NCBI GenBank assembly: GCA_001464895.1
Contig: LNEE01000017.1
Span: forward strand, 138,817 to 202,816
DNA from: Betaproteobacteria bacterium Ga0077532
GTDB lineage: Bacteria > Pseudomonadota > Gammaproteobacteria > Burkholderiales > Ga0077523
Length of the DNA: 64,000 nucleotides
Direction of reading: 5' to 3'
Shown: piece by piece, positions 9,739-19,279 of the stretch
Layout of the letters: every line of letters starts with the position of its first letter
Numbering within the stretch: position 1 is the stretch's first letter
Program-made: the position numbers and the translations under genes
Notes under the pieces: generated by a model
Databases searched by the model: none
What the model was told of the DNA's origin: nothing
What the model saw: the letters and a program-made list of their open reading frames with translations, nothing else

Positions 9739-10236
9739 ATGGCAGTCAACTTTCGCGTCACCGCAGAAGACATGATCCGGACGACTGGCGAACGGGTGAC
9801 GAACGCGCGTATCGAGATACTCGCGACGCTGCTGAAAGCCGAGGCCGCCCTGACGCACGGCGAGATCGAGGCACGGCTCTCCCAGGCCTCGGGGATCGAT
9901 CGGGTGACGGTGTATCGCGTCCTCGACTGGCTCACTGAGCAGAATCTCGCCCACAAGATTTCGGGTGACGACCGCGTGTGGCGGTTCAATGTGGCCGGCG
10001 CAGCCAGTGCCCACAATCACGCCCACTTCAAATGCAACTGCTGCAACCGCGTGATCTGTCTCGACGATCTCGGTCGCGGCTTCACCCCTGAACTCCCGGC
10101 CGGCTACACGCCGCAGGAGATCGATCTCACGATCAAGGGGCTCTGCGCCGACTGCTCGCCGACGAACAAGACCCACGACCCCCGAAAGCACAAGGTCGTC
10201 ACCGGTCGCCCGCGCCGCGCTGTCGCCCGCAACTGA
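9739..10236 (+). CDS. Fur family metalloregulator (Zur/Nur-like)
   Basis: RVTNARIEIL; DRVTVYRVLDWL; HNHAHFKCNCC; GLCADC. Confidence 0.9.
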   Translation: MAVNFRVTAEDMIRTTGERVTNARIEILATLLKAEAALTHGEIEARLSQASGIDRVTVYRVLDWLTEQNLAHKISGDDRVWRFNVAGAASAHNHAHFKCNCCNRVICLDDLGRGFTPELPAGYTPQEIDLTIKGLCADCSPTNKTHDPRKHKVVTGRPRRAVARN

Positions 10237-10305
10237 CTCCCCCCGGCTGACCAGCACCCTTGCGGGCGGGGTGTTGCTGCACCGCGCCATCCTTCCGTGC
10301 CATAC

Positions 10306-10320
10306 TGCAACTGCGTTGCC
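10306..10320. promoter_or_regulatory. Candidate Fur-family operator, TGCAAC-N3-GTTGCC
   Basis: Near-perfect palindrome overlapping a CATACT -10-like hexamer upstream of the CDF gene. Confidence 0.5.
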
Positions 10321-10491
10321 TGCATTGGCTGCGAGCATGTGTATCCAGGCCCCCGCTGCAAAGCGCCGGACTCGACGCCGTGAACGCGCCTCGGCGCAGA
10401 TGCCCATCCTTGACGCTGCTCTCCATCGTTGGCCCGCGGACCCGGGTGTCTAGGCACCAGGCCCGTCGCCCGTCCGAAGACGACCGATCCC

Positions 10492-11547
10492 ATGAACCAC
10501 GACTCCCCGATGCAGTACCAGGCCATCCGCCAACCGCAACCGCTCCAGCAATGGCGCCAGCCGAAGGTTCCGGTCACGGCCGGACAGGCTCGGTCGGAGA
10601 AGCGCGCCCGGATCGTTCTCTACCTCACTCTCGTGACGATGGTGGTAGAGCTGGCTGCCGGCTACGTCACGGGCTCGCTCGCCCTCGTGGCCGACGGCTG
10701 GCACATGGGGTCGCATGCGGCGGCCCTCGGAATCGCGGCCTTCGCCTATTCATACGCGCGAAAGCACGCGACCAGCGAGCGGTTCTCGTTCGGCACCGGC
10801 AAAGTTGGTGCACTGGCCGGCTACTCCAGCGCGCTGTTGCTCGCCGTGGTGGCGGTGCTGGTGGCCTTCGAATCGGTCGAACGCCTGCTGTCGCCGGAAC
10901 CCGTCAATTTCCGTGATGCGCTGATCGTGGCGGTGATCGGTTTCGGGGTGAACATCACCAGCGCCGTGCTCCTCGGCGGACACCATCACGGACACGACCA
11001 CGGGCACGGGCATGATCACGGTCACGCGCACACGGAAGCCTGCAAGGGACACGAGCACGTCCACCACGAGGCCCACGACCACAATCTGCGGGCGGCGTAC
11101 TTCCACGTGGTCGCGGACGCTCTCACGTCGGTTCTCGCGATCGGCGCGCTGGTCGCAGGACTCTGGCTCGACCTCCGCTGGCTCGACCCGCTCGTCGCCA
11201 TCGGCGCATCCCTGATCATCGCCTGGTGGGCCTGGGGTCTGATGAAGGCCAGCAGTCACATCCTGCTCGACGCCGACGACAGCACCGATCTGAAGAGCGA
11301 GATCATGCGGCGCGTCGAGGCCGACGCCGACAACCGCGTCGCCGATCTCCGCCTCTGGCGGCTGGGAGGCGATGCCCGCGCCGCCATCGTATCGATCGTG
11401 ACCCACCACCCGCGATCGGCGGACCACTACAAGGCCCTCATCGACGATCTTCCGGGCCTGCACCACGTCACCGTGGAGGTCCATCTCTGCAACGACCCGC
11501 CCTGCGGCGTGCACGACCTCTCGCCCTCACTGGCGACGCGAGATTAG
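10492..11547 (+). CDS. dmeF: CDF family Co(II)/Ni(II) efflux transporter, DmeF-like
   Basis: ADGWHMGSH (HxxxH); FSFGTGKV; His-rich loop; DHNLRAAYFHVVADALTS; HHVTVEV. Confidence 0.88.
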   Translation: MNHDSPMQYQAIRQPQPLQQWRQPKVPVTAGQARSEKRARIVLYLTLVTMVVELAAGYVTGSLALVADGWHMGSHAAALGIAAFAYSYARKHATSERFSFGTGKVGALAGYSSALLLAVVAVLVAFESVERLLSPEPVNFRDALIVAVIGFGVNITSAVLLGGHHHGHDHGHGHDHGHAHTEACKGHEHVHHEAHDHNLRAAYFHVVADALTSVLAIGALVAGLWLDLRWLDPLVAIGASLIIAWWAWGLMKASSHILLDADDSTDLKSEIMRRVEADADNRVADLRLWRLGGDARAAIVSIVTHHPRSADHYKALIDDLPGLHHVTVEVHLCNDPPCGVHDLSPSLATRD

Positions 11548-11601
11548 AATCCCCGGCTTGTCCCGACCCCGGGACACATACCGACAAGTGGGGGAGGAAG
11601 C

Positions 11602-12384
11602 ATGAAACCGGATTTCTCGGCGACGGGTCTGCGCGTTCTGGTCACGGCAGGCGCGGCGGGCATCGGTCGCGCCATCGCCGGCACCTTCGCGGAGGCAGGC
11701 GCCCGCGTTCACATCTGTGACGTCGATACCAACGCCCTCGCGGAGTTCGCGACGTTGTACCCGTCGATCACCGCCTCGGTCACCGACGTGTCCGATCCGG
11801 CGCAGGTCGAGCGCCTGTTCGAGGACGTGCGGAAGCACCTCGGCGGACTCGATGTTCTCGTGAACAACGCCGGCATCGCCGGGCCCACCGGCAAGGTGGA
11901 GGACATCTCCATCGAGGACTGGAACCGCTGCATCGCCGTCGATCTGAACGGCCTCTTCTACTGCACGCGCCTCGCCATGCCCATGATCAAGGCCGCGGGC
12001 GGCGGCAGCATCATCAATCTGTCGTCCACCGCCGGCCGGCTCGGCTTTCCCCTGCGATCGCCCTACGCGGCCGCCAAGTGGGGCGTGGTCGGCTACACCG
12101 CGAGCCTCGCCATCGAGGCGGGACCGGACAACGTACGCGTGAACTGCATCCAGCCAGGCGTCGTCGCCGGCGACCGCATCGACCGGGTCGCTGCCGCCAA
12201 GGCCAACGCGCTCCGCATCAGCATCGAGGAACAGAAGCACCGCATGGTGCAGAACGTCTCGATGCGCACCTTCGTCACCGCGCAGGACATCGCCAACGCC
12301 GCCCTCTTCCTCGCCTCCGACGCGGGCCGCCACATCAGCGGCCAGGCCATCCCGGTGTGCGGGAACGTCGAGACGCTGGCCTGA
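11602..12384 (+). CDS. SDR family oxidoreductase
   Basis: VTAGAAGIG; NNAG; YAAAKW. Confidence 0.9.
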   Translation: MKPDFSATGLRVLVTAGAAGIGRAIAGTFAEAGARVHICDVDTNALAEFATLYPSITASVTDVSDPAQVERLFEDVRKHLGGLDVLVNNAGIAGPTGKVEDISIEDWNRCIAVDLNGLFYCTRLAMPMIKAAGGGSIINLSSTAGRLGFPLRSPYAAAKWGVVGYTASLAIEAGPDNVRVNCIQPGVVAGDRIDRVAAAKANALRISIEEQKHRMVQNVSMRTFVTAQDIANAALFLASDAGRHISGQAIPVCGNVETLA

Positions 12385-12452
12385 GATCAGGCCCAGCGGG
12401 GGTTGGCCGGACTGGCTCCGGCGCCCCCGCCAACGATCATCGAGGAACAAGC

Positions 12453-13388
12453 ATGGAAAAGATCGCAGTCATCGGCGCGGGTCTGATCGGACGCGCGTGG
12501 GCCATGGTGTTCGCGCGCGCCGGACATCCCGTGGCTCTGTACGACGCCGCGCCCGGTGCGGTGGATCAGGCCATCGGACTCATCCGCGACGGCCTCGCCG
12601 AGACGCGCCACTTCGGACTCATCGAGGAGTCGCCCGACGCCATCATGCCGCGCATCCGCGCCGCGACCTCGCTCGAGGACGCCATCGCCGAAGCCGACTA
12701 CGTGCAGGAGAACACCTCCGAGCGCGAGGACGTGAAGCGCGACGTGTTCTCGAAGATGGATGCTGCAGCGAAGGCCGACTGCATCCTCGCGAGTTCGACC
12801 TCCACCATCCAGACGTCCCGGTTCGCGGGTCACGTGCCCGGGCGGCATCGGTGCCTCGTGGCCCACCCGGTGAACCCACCCCACGTGGTGCCGATCGTCG
12901 AACTCTCGCCCGCGCCGTTCACTTCGCCCGACGTCGTGGAGCGCGCCCGCGTCCTCCACGAAAGCGTCGGTCAGGTGCCGATCCTGGTCCGCAAGGAGGT
13001 CGAAGGCTTCATCCTCAACCGGCTCCAGGCAGCCCTGCTCATCGAATCGTGGCGTCTCGTCGACGAGGGCTACGTGTCCGTGGAGGACCTCGACAAGACC
13101 ATCCGCGACGGCCTGGGCCTGCGCTGGGCCTTCATGGGGCCCTTCGAGACCATCGACCTGAACGCCCCGGGCGGCGTCGCCGACTATGCGGTGCGCTACG
13201 GCCCGAAGCTCACCGGCATGATGCAGGACCTGACCGCTCGCCCATGGGAAGGCGATCTCGTCGCGAAGGTGGAAGCCGAGCGCCGCGAACGCATGCCGCA
13301 GGCGGACCACGCGGCCCGCGAGGCGTGGCGCGACCGGCGACTGATGGCGCTCGTGGCCCACAAGCGCACCATGGATGGGCAGGACTGA
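12453..13388 (+). CDS. 3-hydroxyacyl-CoA dehydrogenase family protein (lambda-crystallin / L-gulonate 3-dehydrogenase-like)
   Basis: GAGLIGRAW; ASSTS; AHPVNPPH; GFILNRLQ; GLGLRWAFMGPFETIDLNAPGG. Confidence 0.88.
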   Translation: MEKIAVIGAGLIGRAWAMVFARAGHPVALYDAAPGAVDQAIGLIRDGLAETRHFGLIEESPDAIMPRIRAATSLEDAIAEADYVQENTSEREDVKRDVFSKMDAAAKADCILASSTSTIQTSRFAGHVPGRHRCLVAHPVNPPHVVPIVELSPAPFTSPDVVERARVLHESVGQVPILVRKEVEGFILNRLQAALLIESWRLVDEGYVSVEDLDKTIRDGLGLRWAFMGPFETIDLNAPGGVADYAVRYGPKLTGMMQDLTARPWEGDLVAKVEAERRERMPQADHAAREAWRDRRLMALVAHKRTMDGQD

Positions 13389-13447
13389 CCCCGACGATCA
13401 CCAAGGTGGGGCCGAACGAGGCCCAGCCGACCAGAGGAGCAATCAGC

Positions 13448-14380
13448 ATGGCAGACCAACGCAAGGTCATCATCACCTGCGCCGTGACGGGCGCGATCCA
13501 CACCCCGACGATGTCGCCCTACCTCCCGATCACGCCCGACGAGATCGCCGAGGCCGCCATCGGTGCCGCCGAGGCCGGCGCTGCCATCGTCCACCTGCAC
13601 GCGCGGATGCCCGAGGACGGTCGTCCGAGCCAGGACCCCGACCTCTTCCGCCAATTCCTCCCGAGGATCAAGGCCGCCTCCAACGTCGTCATCAACCTGA
13701 CCACCGGCGGGGCACCCACGATGCTCGTCGAGGAGCGCCTGCAGCCCGCGCTGCAACTGAAGCCGGAAGTGGCCTCGCTCAACATGGGCTCCATGAACTT
13801 CGGGCTGTACGAGATGATCCCGCGGTTCAAGGAGTGGAAGCACGACTGGGAACTGCCCTACCTCGATGGCTCCCACGACCGGATCTTCAAGAACACCTTC
13901 AAGGACATCGCGCACATCCTCGAGTCGTGCAGCGACAACGGCACGCGCTTCGAGATCGAGTGCTACGACATCGGCCACCTGTACACGGCCGCGCACTTCC
14001 TGGAACGCGGACTCGTGAAGCCTCCGCTCTTCATCCAGTCCGTCTTCGGCCTGCGTGGCGGCATCGGCCCGCATCCGGAAGACGTCATGCACATGCGCCG
14101 CACCGCCGATCGCCTCTTCGGCAACCAGTATCAGTGGTCCGTGCTCGGTGCCGGGCGCAACCAGATGTACATCGCCTCGATGTCCGCGGTACTGGGCGGG
14201 AACGTGCGCGTGGGTCTGGAAGACAGCCTGTGGCTCGGGAAGGGCCGACTCGCACAGACGAATGCCGAGCAGGTCGCGAAGATCCGGCGCATCCTCGAAG
14301 AACTGGGCCTCGAAGTTGCAACGCCCGATGACGCACGCCGCATCCTTCAGCTGAAGGGCGGTTCGAACGTCGCCTTCTGA
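13448..14380 (+). CDS. Beta-keto acid cleavage enzyme (BKACE, DUF849)
   Basis: IITCAVTG; VHLHAR; SLNMGSMN; NVRVGLED. Confidence 0.93.
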   Translation: MADQRKVIITCAVTGAIHTPTMSPYLPITPDEIAEAAIGAAEAGAAIVHLHARMPEDGRPSQDPDLFRQFLPRIKAASNVVINLTTGGAPTMLVEERLQPALQLKPEVASLNMGSMNFGLYEMIPRFKEWKHDWELPYLDGSHDRIFKNTFKDIAHILESCSDNGTRFEIECYDIGHLYTAAHFLERGLVKPPLFIQSVFGLRGGIGPHPEDVMHMRRTADRLFGNQYQWSVLGAGRNQMYIASMSAVLGGNVRVGLEDSLWLGKGRLAQTNAEQVAKIRRILEELGLEVATPDDARRILQLKGGSNVAF

Positions 14381-14490
14381 CGGACACTGGTGAGACTCCG
14401 GGGCGGATCGCGTGGCCGATCCGCTCCGGCATTGGCGACGCCGTGCCGATCGGTCAGAATCGACCTGTGGTTTCGGATGGAGAGTTGCCG

Positions 14491-15747
14491 ATGGATCAGA
14501 AGGAAGGCCACTTTCAGATTGCCCAGAGCGCCGCGCACGGTGGCAGGGCAGAGATCAGCGGATTGGAGCGTCGCCTTCTGGAAGGGCTGCTCTCGGTCTG
14601 CGGTGATCCGCCCATCGCGTTCTCGCTCTGGACCGGGGAGCAGATACGCGGCAACAGCCAGGACCCGCCTGTCGCCCGCATCGTGATCCGCGAGCGCAGC
14701 GCGCTCTTCCGCATGCTGGTGAATCCCGAACTGTTCACCGGAGACGACTACAGCGCCGGCCGCGTCGACGTGGAAGGCGAGTTCGTCGCCTGTCTCGCGT
14801 ACATCTTCCGCGGGCTCGACAGCCTCCCCGAGACCTCGCTCAAGGCGAAGTTCCTGCGCTGGATCAACCGCCCGCGCGCCAACACCCTCGCCGGCTCCCG
14901 CGAGAACATCCACCGACACTACGATCTCGGCAACGAGTTCTACCGCCTCTGGCTCGATCGCGAGCGGATGCAGTACACGTGCGCCTACTATGCGCAGCCG
15001 GACATGACGATCGAGCAGGCGCAGATCGCCAAGCTCGATCACGTGGCGCGAAAGCTCGGGGTGCAGCCGGGCGACGTCGTCTACGAGGCCGGCTGTGGCT
15101 GGGGCGGCCTCGCCCGGCATTTCGCGAAGCACTACGGCGCCACGGTGCGCGCGTTCAACATCTCCGAGGAGCAGGTGCGTTTCGCGCGCGAGGCGGCGAA
15201 GCGCGAGGGCCTCGCCGATCGCATCGAGTACGTTCTCGACGACTACCGGAACATGACCGGCCGCTGCGACCGCTTCGTCTCGGTTGGCATGCTGGAGCAC
15301 GTGGGCGTGGAGAACTATCCCGTGCTGGGTGAAGTGATCCGAAACGTGCTCGCGCCGGGCGGGCGCGGGCTAATCCATTCGATCGGACGCAATCACCCCG
15401 CGCCGATGAATGCCTGGATCGAGAAGCGCATCTTCCCAGGCGCCTACCCGGCGACCCTCGCCGAGATGATGCGGATCTTCGAGGGAAGTCGACTCTCGGT
15501 GCTCGACGTCGAGAACCTCCGGCTGCACTACGCACAGACGCTGAAGCACTGGCGCGAGCGATTCGAACAGAACACCGGCCGCATCGCGTCGATGTACGAC
15601 GAACGGTTCGTTCGGATGTGGCGCCTCTACCTCGGCGGCTCGGAGGCCTCGTTCCTCACCGGAGCGCTGCAGCTCTTCCAGGTGGTGTTCGCCCACGCGA
15701 CGGACAACGCGGTGCCGATGACCCGCCACCACCTCTACCGGAGCTGA
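14491..15747 (+). CDS. Cyclopropane-fatty-acyl-phospholipid synthase family SAM methyltransferase
   Basis: NIHRHYDLGNEFY; YTCAY; EAGCGWGG; SVGMLEHVG; RLHYAQTL. Confidence 0.9.
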   Translation: MDQKEGHFQIAQSAAHGGRAEISGLERRLLEGLLSVCGDPPIAFSLWTGEQIRGNSQDPPVARIVIRERSALFRMLVNPELFTGDDYSAGRVDVEGEFVACLAYIFRGLDSLPETSLKAKFLRWINRPRANTLAGSRENIHRHYDLGNEFYRLWLDRERMQYTCAYYAQPDMTIEQAQIAKLDHVARKLGVQPGDVVYEAGCGWGGLARHFAKHYGATVRAFNISEEQVRFAREAAKREGLADRIEYVLDDYRNMTGRCDRFVSVGMLEHVGVENYPVLGEVIRNVLAPGGRGLIHSIGRNHPAPMNAWIEKRIFPGAYPATLAEMMRIFEGSRLSVLDVENLRLHYAQTLKHWRERFEQNTGRIASMYDERFVRMWRLYLGGSEASFLTGALQLFQVVFAHATDNAVPMTRHHLYRS

Positions 15748-15751
15748 GGAA

Positions 15752-16873
15752 ATGGAACGCTGCGAAGTCCTCATCGTCGGCGGTGGCCCCGCCGGCTCCA
15801 CTTGCGCCTGGAAACTCGCACGTGCCGGCGCCGATGTCGTCGTGCTCGACCGCAAGGCATTCCCGCGCGACAAGATCTGCGCGGGCTGGGTGACGCCCGC
15901 CGTGCTGGATGAACTCCAGATCGACGAAGCCGAGTACCGCCGGGATGGCCGCACGATGCAACCGATCACCGCATTCCGGACAGGCATCATCGGTGGTCGC
16001 GAAGTCGAGACGCGCTACGACGAAGCGGTCAGCTACGGCATCCGGCGCAGCGAATTCGACCACTTCCTCCTGGCGCGGTCCGGTGCGCGCATCGCCAACC
16101 CCGCACCGCTCAAGCAACTCGAACGCGACGGCACCGGCTGGGCGGCGAACGGCACCCTGGCGGGCCGCGTGCTCATCGGCGCAGGCGGCCATTTCTGCCC
16201 GGTGGCACGGCATCTCGGCGCCCAGCTCGGACAGTCCGAGACCGTCGTTGCTGCGCAAGAGATCGAGTTCCCGATGACGGACGCCCAGGCCGCCGACTGC
16301 GAGGCCACGGGCGAGATGCCCGAGTTGTATTTCTGCGACGACTTGAAGGGCTACGGCTGGGTGTTCCGCAAGGGGCGCTTCCTCAACGTGGGCCTGGGCC
16401 GCGAGGACAACCATCGCCTCGCCGAACACGTGCAGTCGTTCGCCCGCTGGCTGAAGTCGAAGCGGCGCGTACCGCAGGACATGCCCGAGAAATTCGGCGG
16501 TCACGCCTATCTGCTCTACAACCACGCACCGCGTCCGCTCGTGGGCGACCACGCCCTGCTCGTCGGGGACGCTGCAGGGCTCGCGTATCCGCAGAGCGGC
16601 GAAGGCATCCGGCCCGCGGTCGAGTCGGCGCTGCTCGCAGCCGACACCCTGATCGCTGCGGCGGGCGATTTCTCGGCGTCACGGCTCGCCCCCTACGAGA
16701 CCGCGATGGTGAGCCGCTTCGGCCCCCGCGAGACGGCGTCCTTCACCGATCGGCTGCCCGAAGGTCTCAAGCGATTCCTCGCCACCCGCATGCTCGGCAA
16801 TCGGTGGTTCACTCGGCACATGGTGATCGACGAGTGGTTCCTGCACGCGAAGCAGCCGGCCCTGGCCTCCTGA
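15752..16873 (+). CDS. Geranylgeranyl reductase family FAD-dependent oxidoreductase
   Basis: VGGGPAGS; FPRDKICAG; GYGWVF; GDAAG...GEGI; starts 4 bp after the methyltransferase. Confidence 0.88.
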   Translation: MERCEVLIVGGGPAGSTCAWKLARAGADVVVLDRKAFPRDKICAGWVTPAVLDELQIDEAEYRRDGRTMQPITAFRTGIIGGREVETRYDEAVSYGIRRSEFDHFLLARSGARIANPAPLKQLERDGTGWAANGTLAGRVLIGAGGHFCPVARHLGAQLGQSETVVAAQEIEFPMTDAQAADCEATGEMPELYFCDDLKGYGWVFRKGRFLNVGLGREDNHRLAEHVQSFARWLKSKRRVPQDMPEKFGGHAYLLYNHAPRPLVGDHALLVGDAAGLAYPQSGEGIRPAVESALLAADTLIAAAGDFSASRLAPYETAMVSRFGPRETASFTDRLPEGLKRFLATRMLGNRWFTRHMVIDEWFLHAKQPALAS

Positions 16874-17093
16874 CACTTCGTCCGAAGCTTTCACGAGTCT
16901 CCGCCCGGTCCGCGTGACGAACGCCCGTCGACGGCCCAGAACTCCTCCCCATCTCCCCCAGCGCCATTCCTGACGCTGTCACGGCCCGTTGGCGTGGCAG
17001 CCGCTGCTGCGTAGGCTCCCCGACATACCAATGTCCTCGCACCCCGGCGTTGTCGGCGGTTGGCGCGGCGTTCACGTCAGGGAGAGTCAAGAC

Positions 17094-17480
17094 ATGGCCC
17101 CACCCATCCGCGGCCTGGGTATCCGCCTGCTGATCATTGCTGCCGGCCTCATCGGGACGATCGCCCCGACATCGCATGCGGAGGATCCACCCAACGGCAC
17201 GGGGGACGCAGCCAACGGCGCCGGCCTCTACAAGCGCTACTGCCGCGGCTGCCACGGTGTGGACGGTCAGGGCGACGGCCTCGTCTTCATGCCCCACGTG
17301 AACAACCTCACGAAGAAGGGCTACATCGACCAGCTCCCCGACCAGTACCTGCGCCACGTGATCCTGAATGGTGGCGAGTCGGTCGGGAAGAGCGCCTACA
17401 TGCCGTCGTTCGCCGGCACGCTCTCCGACCAGCAGATCGCCGACGTCATCGCCCACGTCCGGTCGCTCCCCACCTACTGA
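17094..17480 (+). CDS. Periplasmic monoheme cytochrome c
   Basis: Signal peptide; CRGCH; distal Met in MPSF. Confidence 0.9.
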   Translation: MAPPIRGLGIRLLIIAAGLIGTIAPTSHAEDPPNGTGDAANGAGLYKRYCRGCHGVDGQGDGLVFMPHVNNLTKKGYIDQLPDQYLRHVILNGGESVGKSAYMPSFAGTLSDQQIADVIAHVRSLPTY

Positions 17481-17614
17481 CCGCGGCATCGAGCGGCGAA
17501 AGCGGCCATCCGTGCCGCACGCCGTTGCCGGACCGTCGGCCGATCTCGCATCCCCAAGTCGTCGCAGTGCAGTGTCCCGCGGTCGTCGAACCGCAACTCA
17601 AGGAGGAGCAACAA

Positions 17615-19249
17615 ATGAGAGTCCGCAACGCGATCGCAGTCGCCATCGTCGCCCTCGCCTCATCGGCCGCGATGGCACAGCAGCAGGGAACAGGTCGGGC
17701 CGGCAGCTGGGAGCCCCGCATCCCGGTGAAGCCCGACCCATCGAAGATAGTCGTGCCCAAGGGTTACAAGGCCGAGGTGTTCGTCGCGGGACTCGACACG
17801 CCGTCGTCCGCGACGGTGGATGGCAACGGCAACGTGTGGGTGGCGATCTCGGGCCCGCTCTTCATGAATGGCACCGAGCCCGCGCACATCAAGGTGTTCG
17901 ATCCGAACGGCAAGCTGCTGAAGGAGATCGGCCGCGGCACCTTCAAGACCGTGATGAACGAGATCGCCTACTGCGCGGAGAACCGCAAGATCTACATCCC
18001 GGAATACGGCGAGAAGATCTGGGAGATCGACGGTGTGAACGGCGAGCTGAAGCTGATCGTGAAGGACCTCATGATCGGCGACCACCGCAACGGCGGCATG
18101 ACCTGCAAGGACGGCTACCTGTACTTCGCGCTCGGCCTGCCCAGCAACACCGGCTTCGCCGACCCGGACAACCACGGCTGGACCGACATCCCGAAGGACC
18201 CCTACTGGCTCGCGCACCCGGACGGACTGCCGCCCACGCCGCACGACGCCCCCTGCCGCGACATCGTGCACACCGGCCTCAACATCAAGTCCTCGGACGG
18301 CCGCATGACCGGCGGCTACATGCCAGTGGGCGTGCCTGCGAAGCCGGGTCAGATCGTGAAGGCGCAGGTGCCCTGCCACGGATCGATCATGCGCGTGAAG
18401 ATCGATGCGAAGGGTGCGGATGGCATCTACGCCCACAGCAGCATGGAGGTCTATGCGATGGGCTTCCGCAACCAGTCGGGCGTCGAGTTCGGACCGAAGG
18501 GCACGCGCTTCGAGAACACGCTCGCCGTATCGGACAACGGTGCCAACGATCTTGGACATCGCCGACTCGCCAACAGCCCGGAACGCCTGTGGCTCGTCAC
18601 CGAGAAGGGGCAGGACGCGGGCTTTCCCGACAAGGACGGCTTCGGGTTCGTGACCAACAAGCGATCGAGCCTCGTCCACTGGACCGGCTCGAAGATCGAC
18701 CGCCCGTATCCGCAGCTCTACATCGGCGACGAACCGTTCATCCCCAAACAGGCGCCCTATCACTTCCCGGTGCATGTCGACGGTGTGCGCGGCGTCCCGC
18801 TCATTGCCGCGAATCCGAATCCGAACGGCTACATCAACCCGGTGATGGAGTGGGACACCAACAACCCGATGGACGGCATCGCGTGGGCGCCGGAAGCCTT
18901 CGGCGCCGGCAAGGAGACGATCTTCGCCGCGATCTACGGGATCATCGACAATGGTCCCGAAAGCTTGGTCCCCACGTGGCCCGCCATCGTGAAGGTCGAG
19001 TTCCTGGAGCCGGCCGGGGTGAAGTGGTCGTACTTCGCGCGGAACATCGACATGGGTCCGAACGCGTACCAGAAGCCGGCGAACCGGGGCGGAATGGAGC
19101 GTACCAACGACGTCGTGTTCAGCCGCGACGGCAAGTCGATGTACGTGGTCGACTATGGTGAGCTGTATACCGACTTCACCATGCCCTCCCCGTTCTACGT
19201 GACGCCGAAGTCCGGCGTGATCTGGAAGATCACCTACACCGGACAGTGA
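17615..19249 (+). CDS. Exported glucose/sorbosone dehydrogenase-like beta-propeller protein
   Basis: AGGAGG RBS; signal peptide (AMA-Q); GYKAEVFVAGLDTP; GDHRNGG; EVYAMGFRNQSG; MYVVDYG. Confidence 0.7.
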   Translation: MRVRNAIAVAIVALASSAAMAQQQGTGRAGSWEPRIPVKPDPSKIVVPKGYKAEVFVAGLDTPSSATVDGNGNVWVAISGPLFMNGTEPAHIKVFDPNGKLLKEIGRGTFKTVMNEIAYCAENRKIYIPEYGEKIWEIDGVNGELKLIVKDLMIGDHRNGGMTCKDGYLYFALGLPSNTGFADPDNHGWTDIPKDPYWLAHPDGLPPTPHDAPCRDIVHTGLNIKSSDGRMTGGYMPVGVPAKPGQIVKAQVPCHGSIMRVKIDAKGADGIYAHSSMEVYAMGFRNQSGVEFGPKGTRFENTLAVSDNGANDLGHRRLANSPERLWLVTEKGQDAGFPDKDGFGFVTNKRSSLVHWTGSKIDRPYPQLYIGDEPFIPKQAPYHFPVHVDGVRGVPLIAANPNPNGYINPVMEWDTNNPMDGIAWAPEAFGAGKETIFAAIYGIIDNGPESLVPTWPAIVKVEFLEPAGVKWSYFARNIDMGPNAYQKPANRGGMERTNDVVFSRDGKSMYVVDYGELYTDFTMPSPFYVTPKSGVIWKITYTGQ

Positions 19250-19279
19250 CCGGCCGGCGATGCCGCATCGGACGGCGGC

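Noticed and set aside
10981-11083. CACGG/CACGA repeats
   Set aside because: They encode the His-rich loop typical of DmeF.
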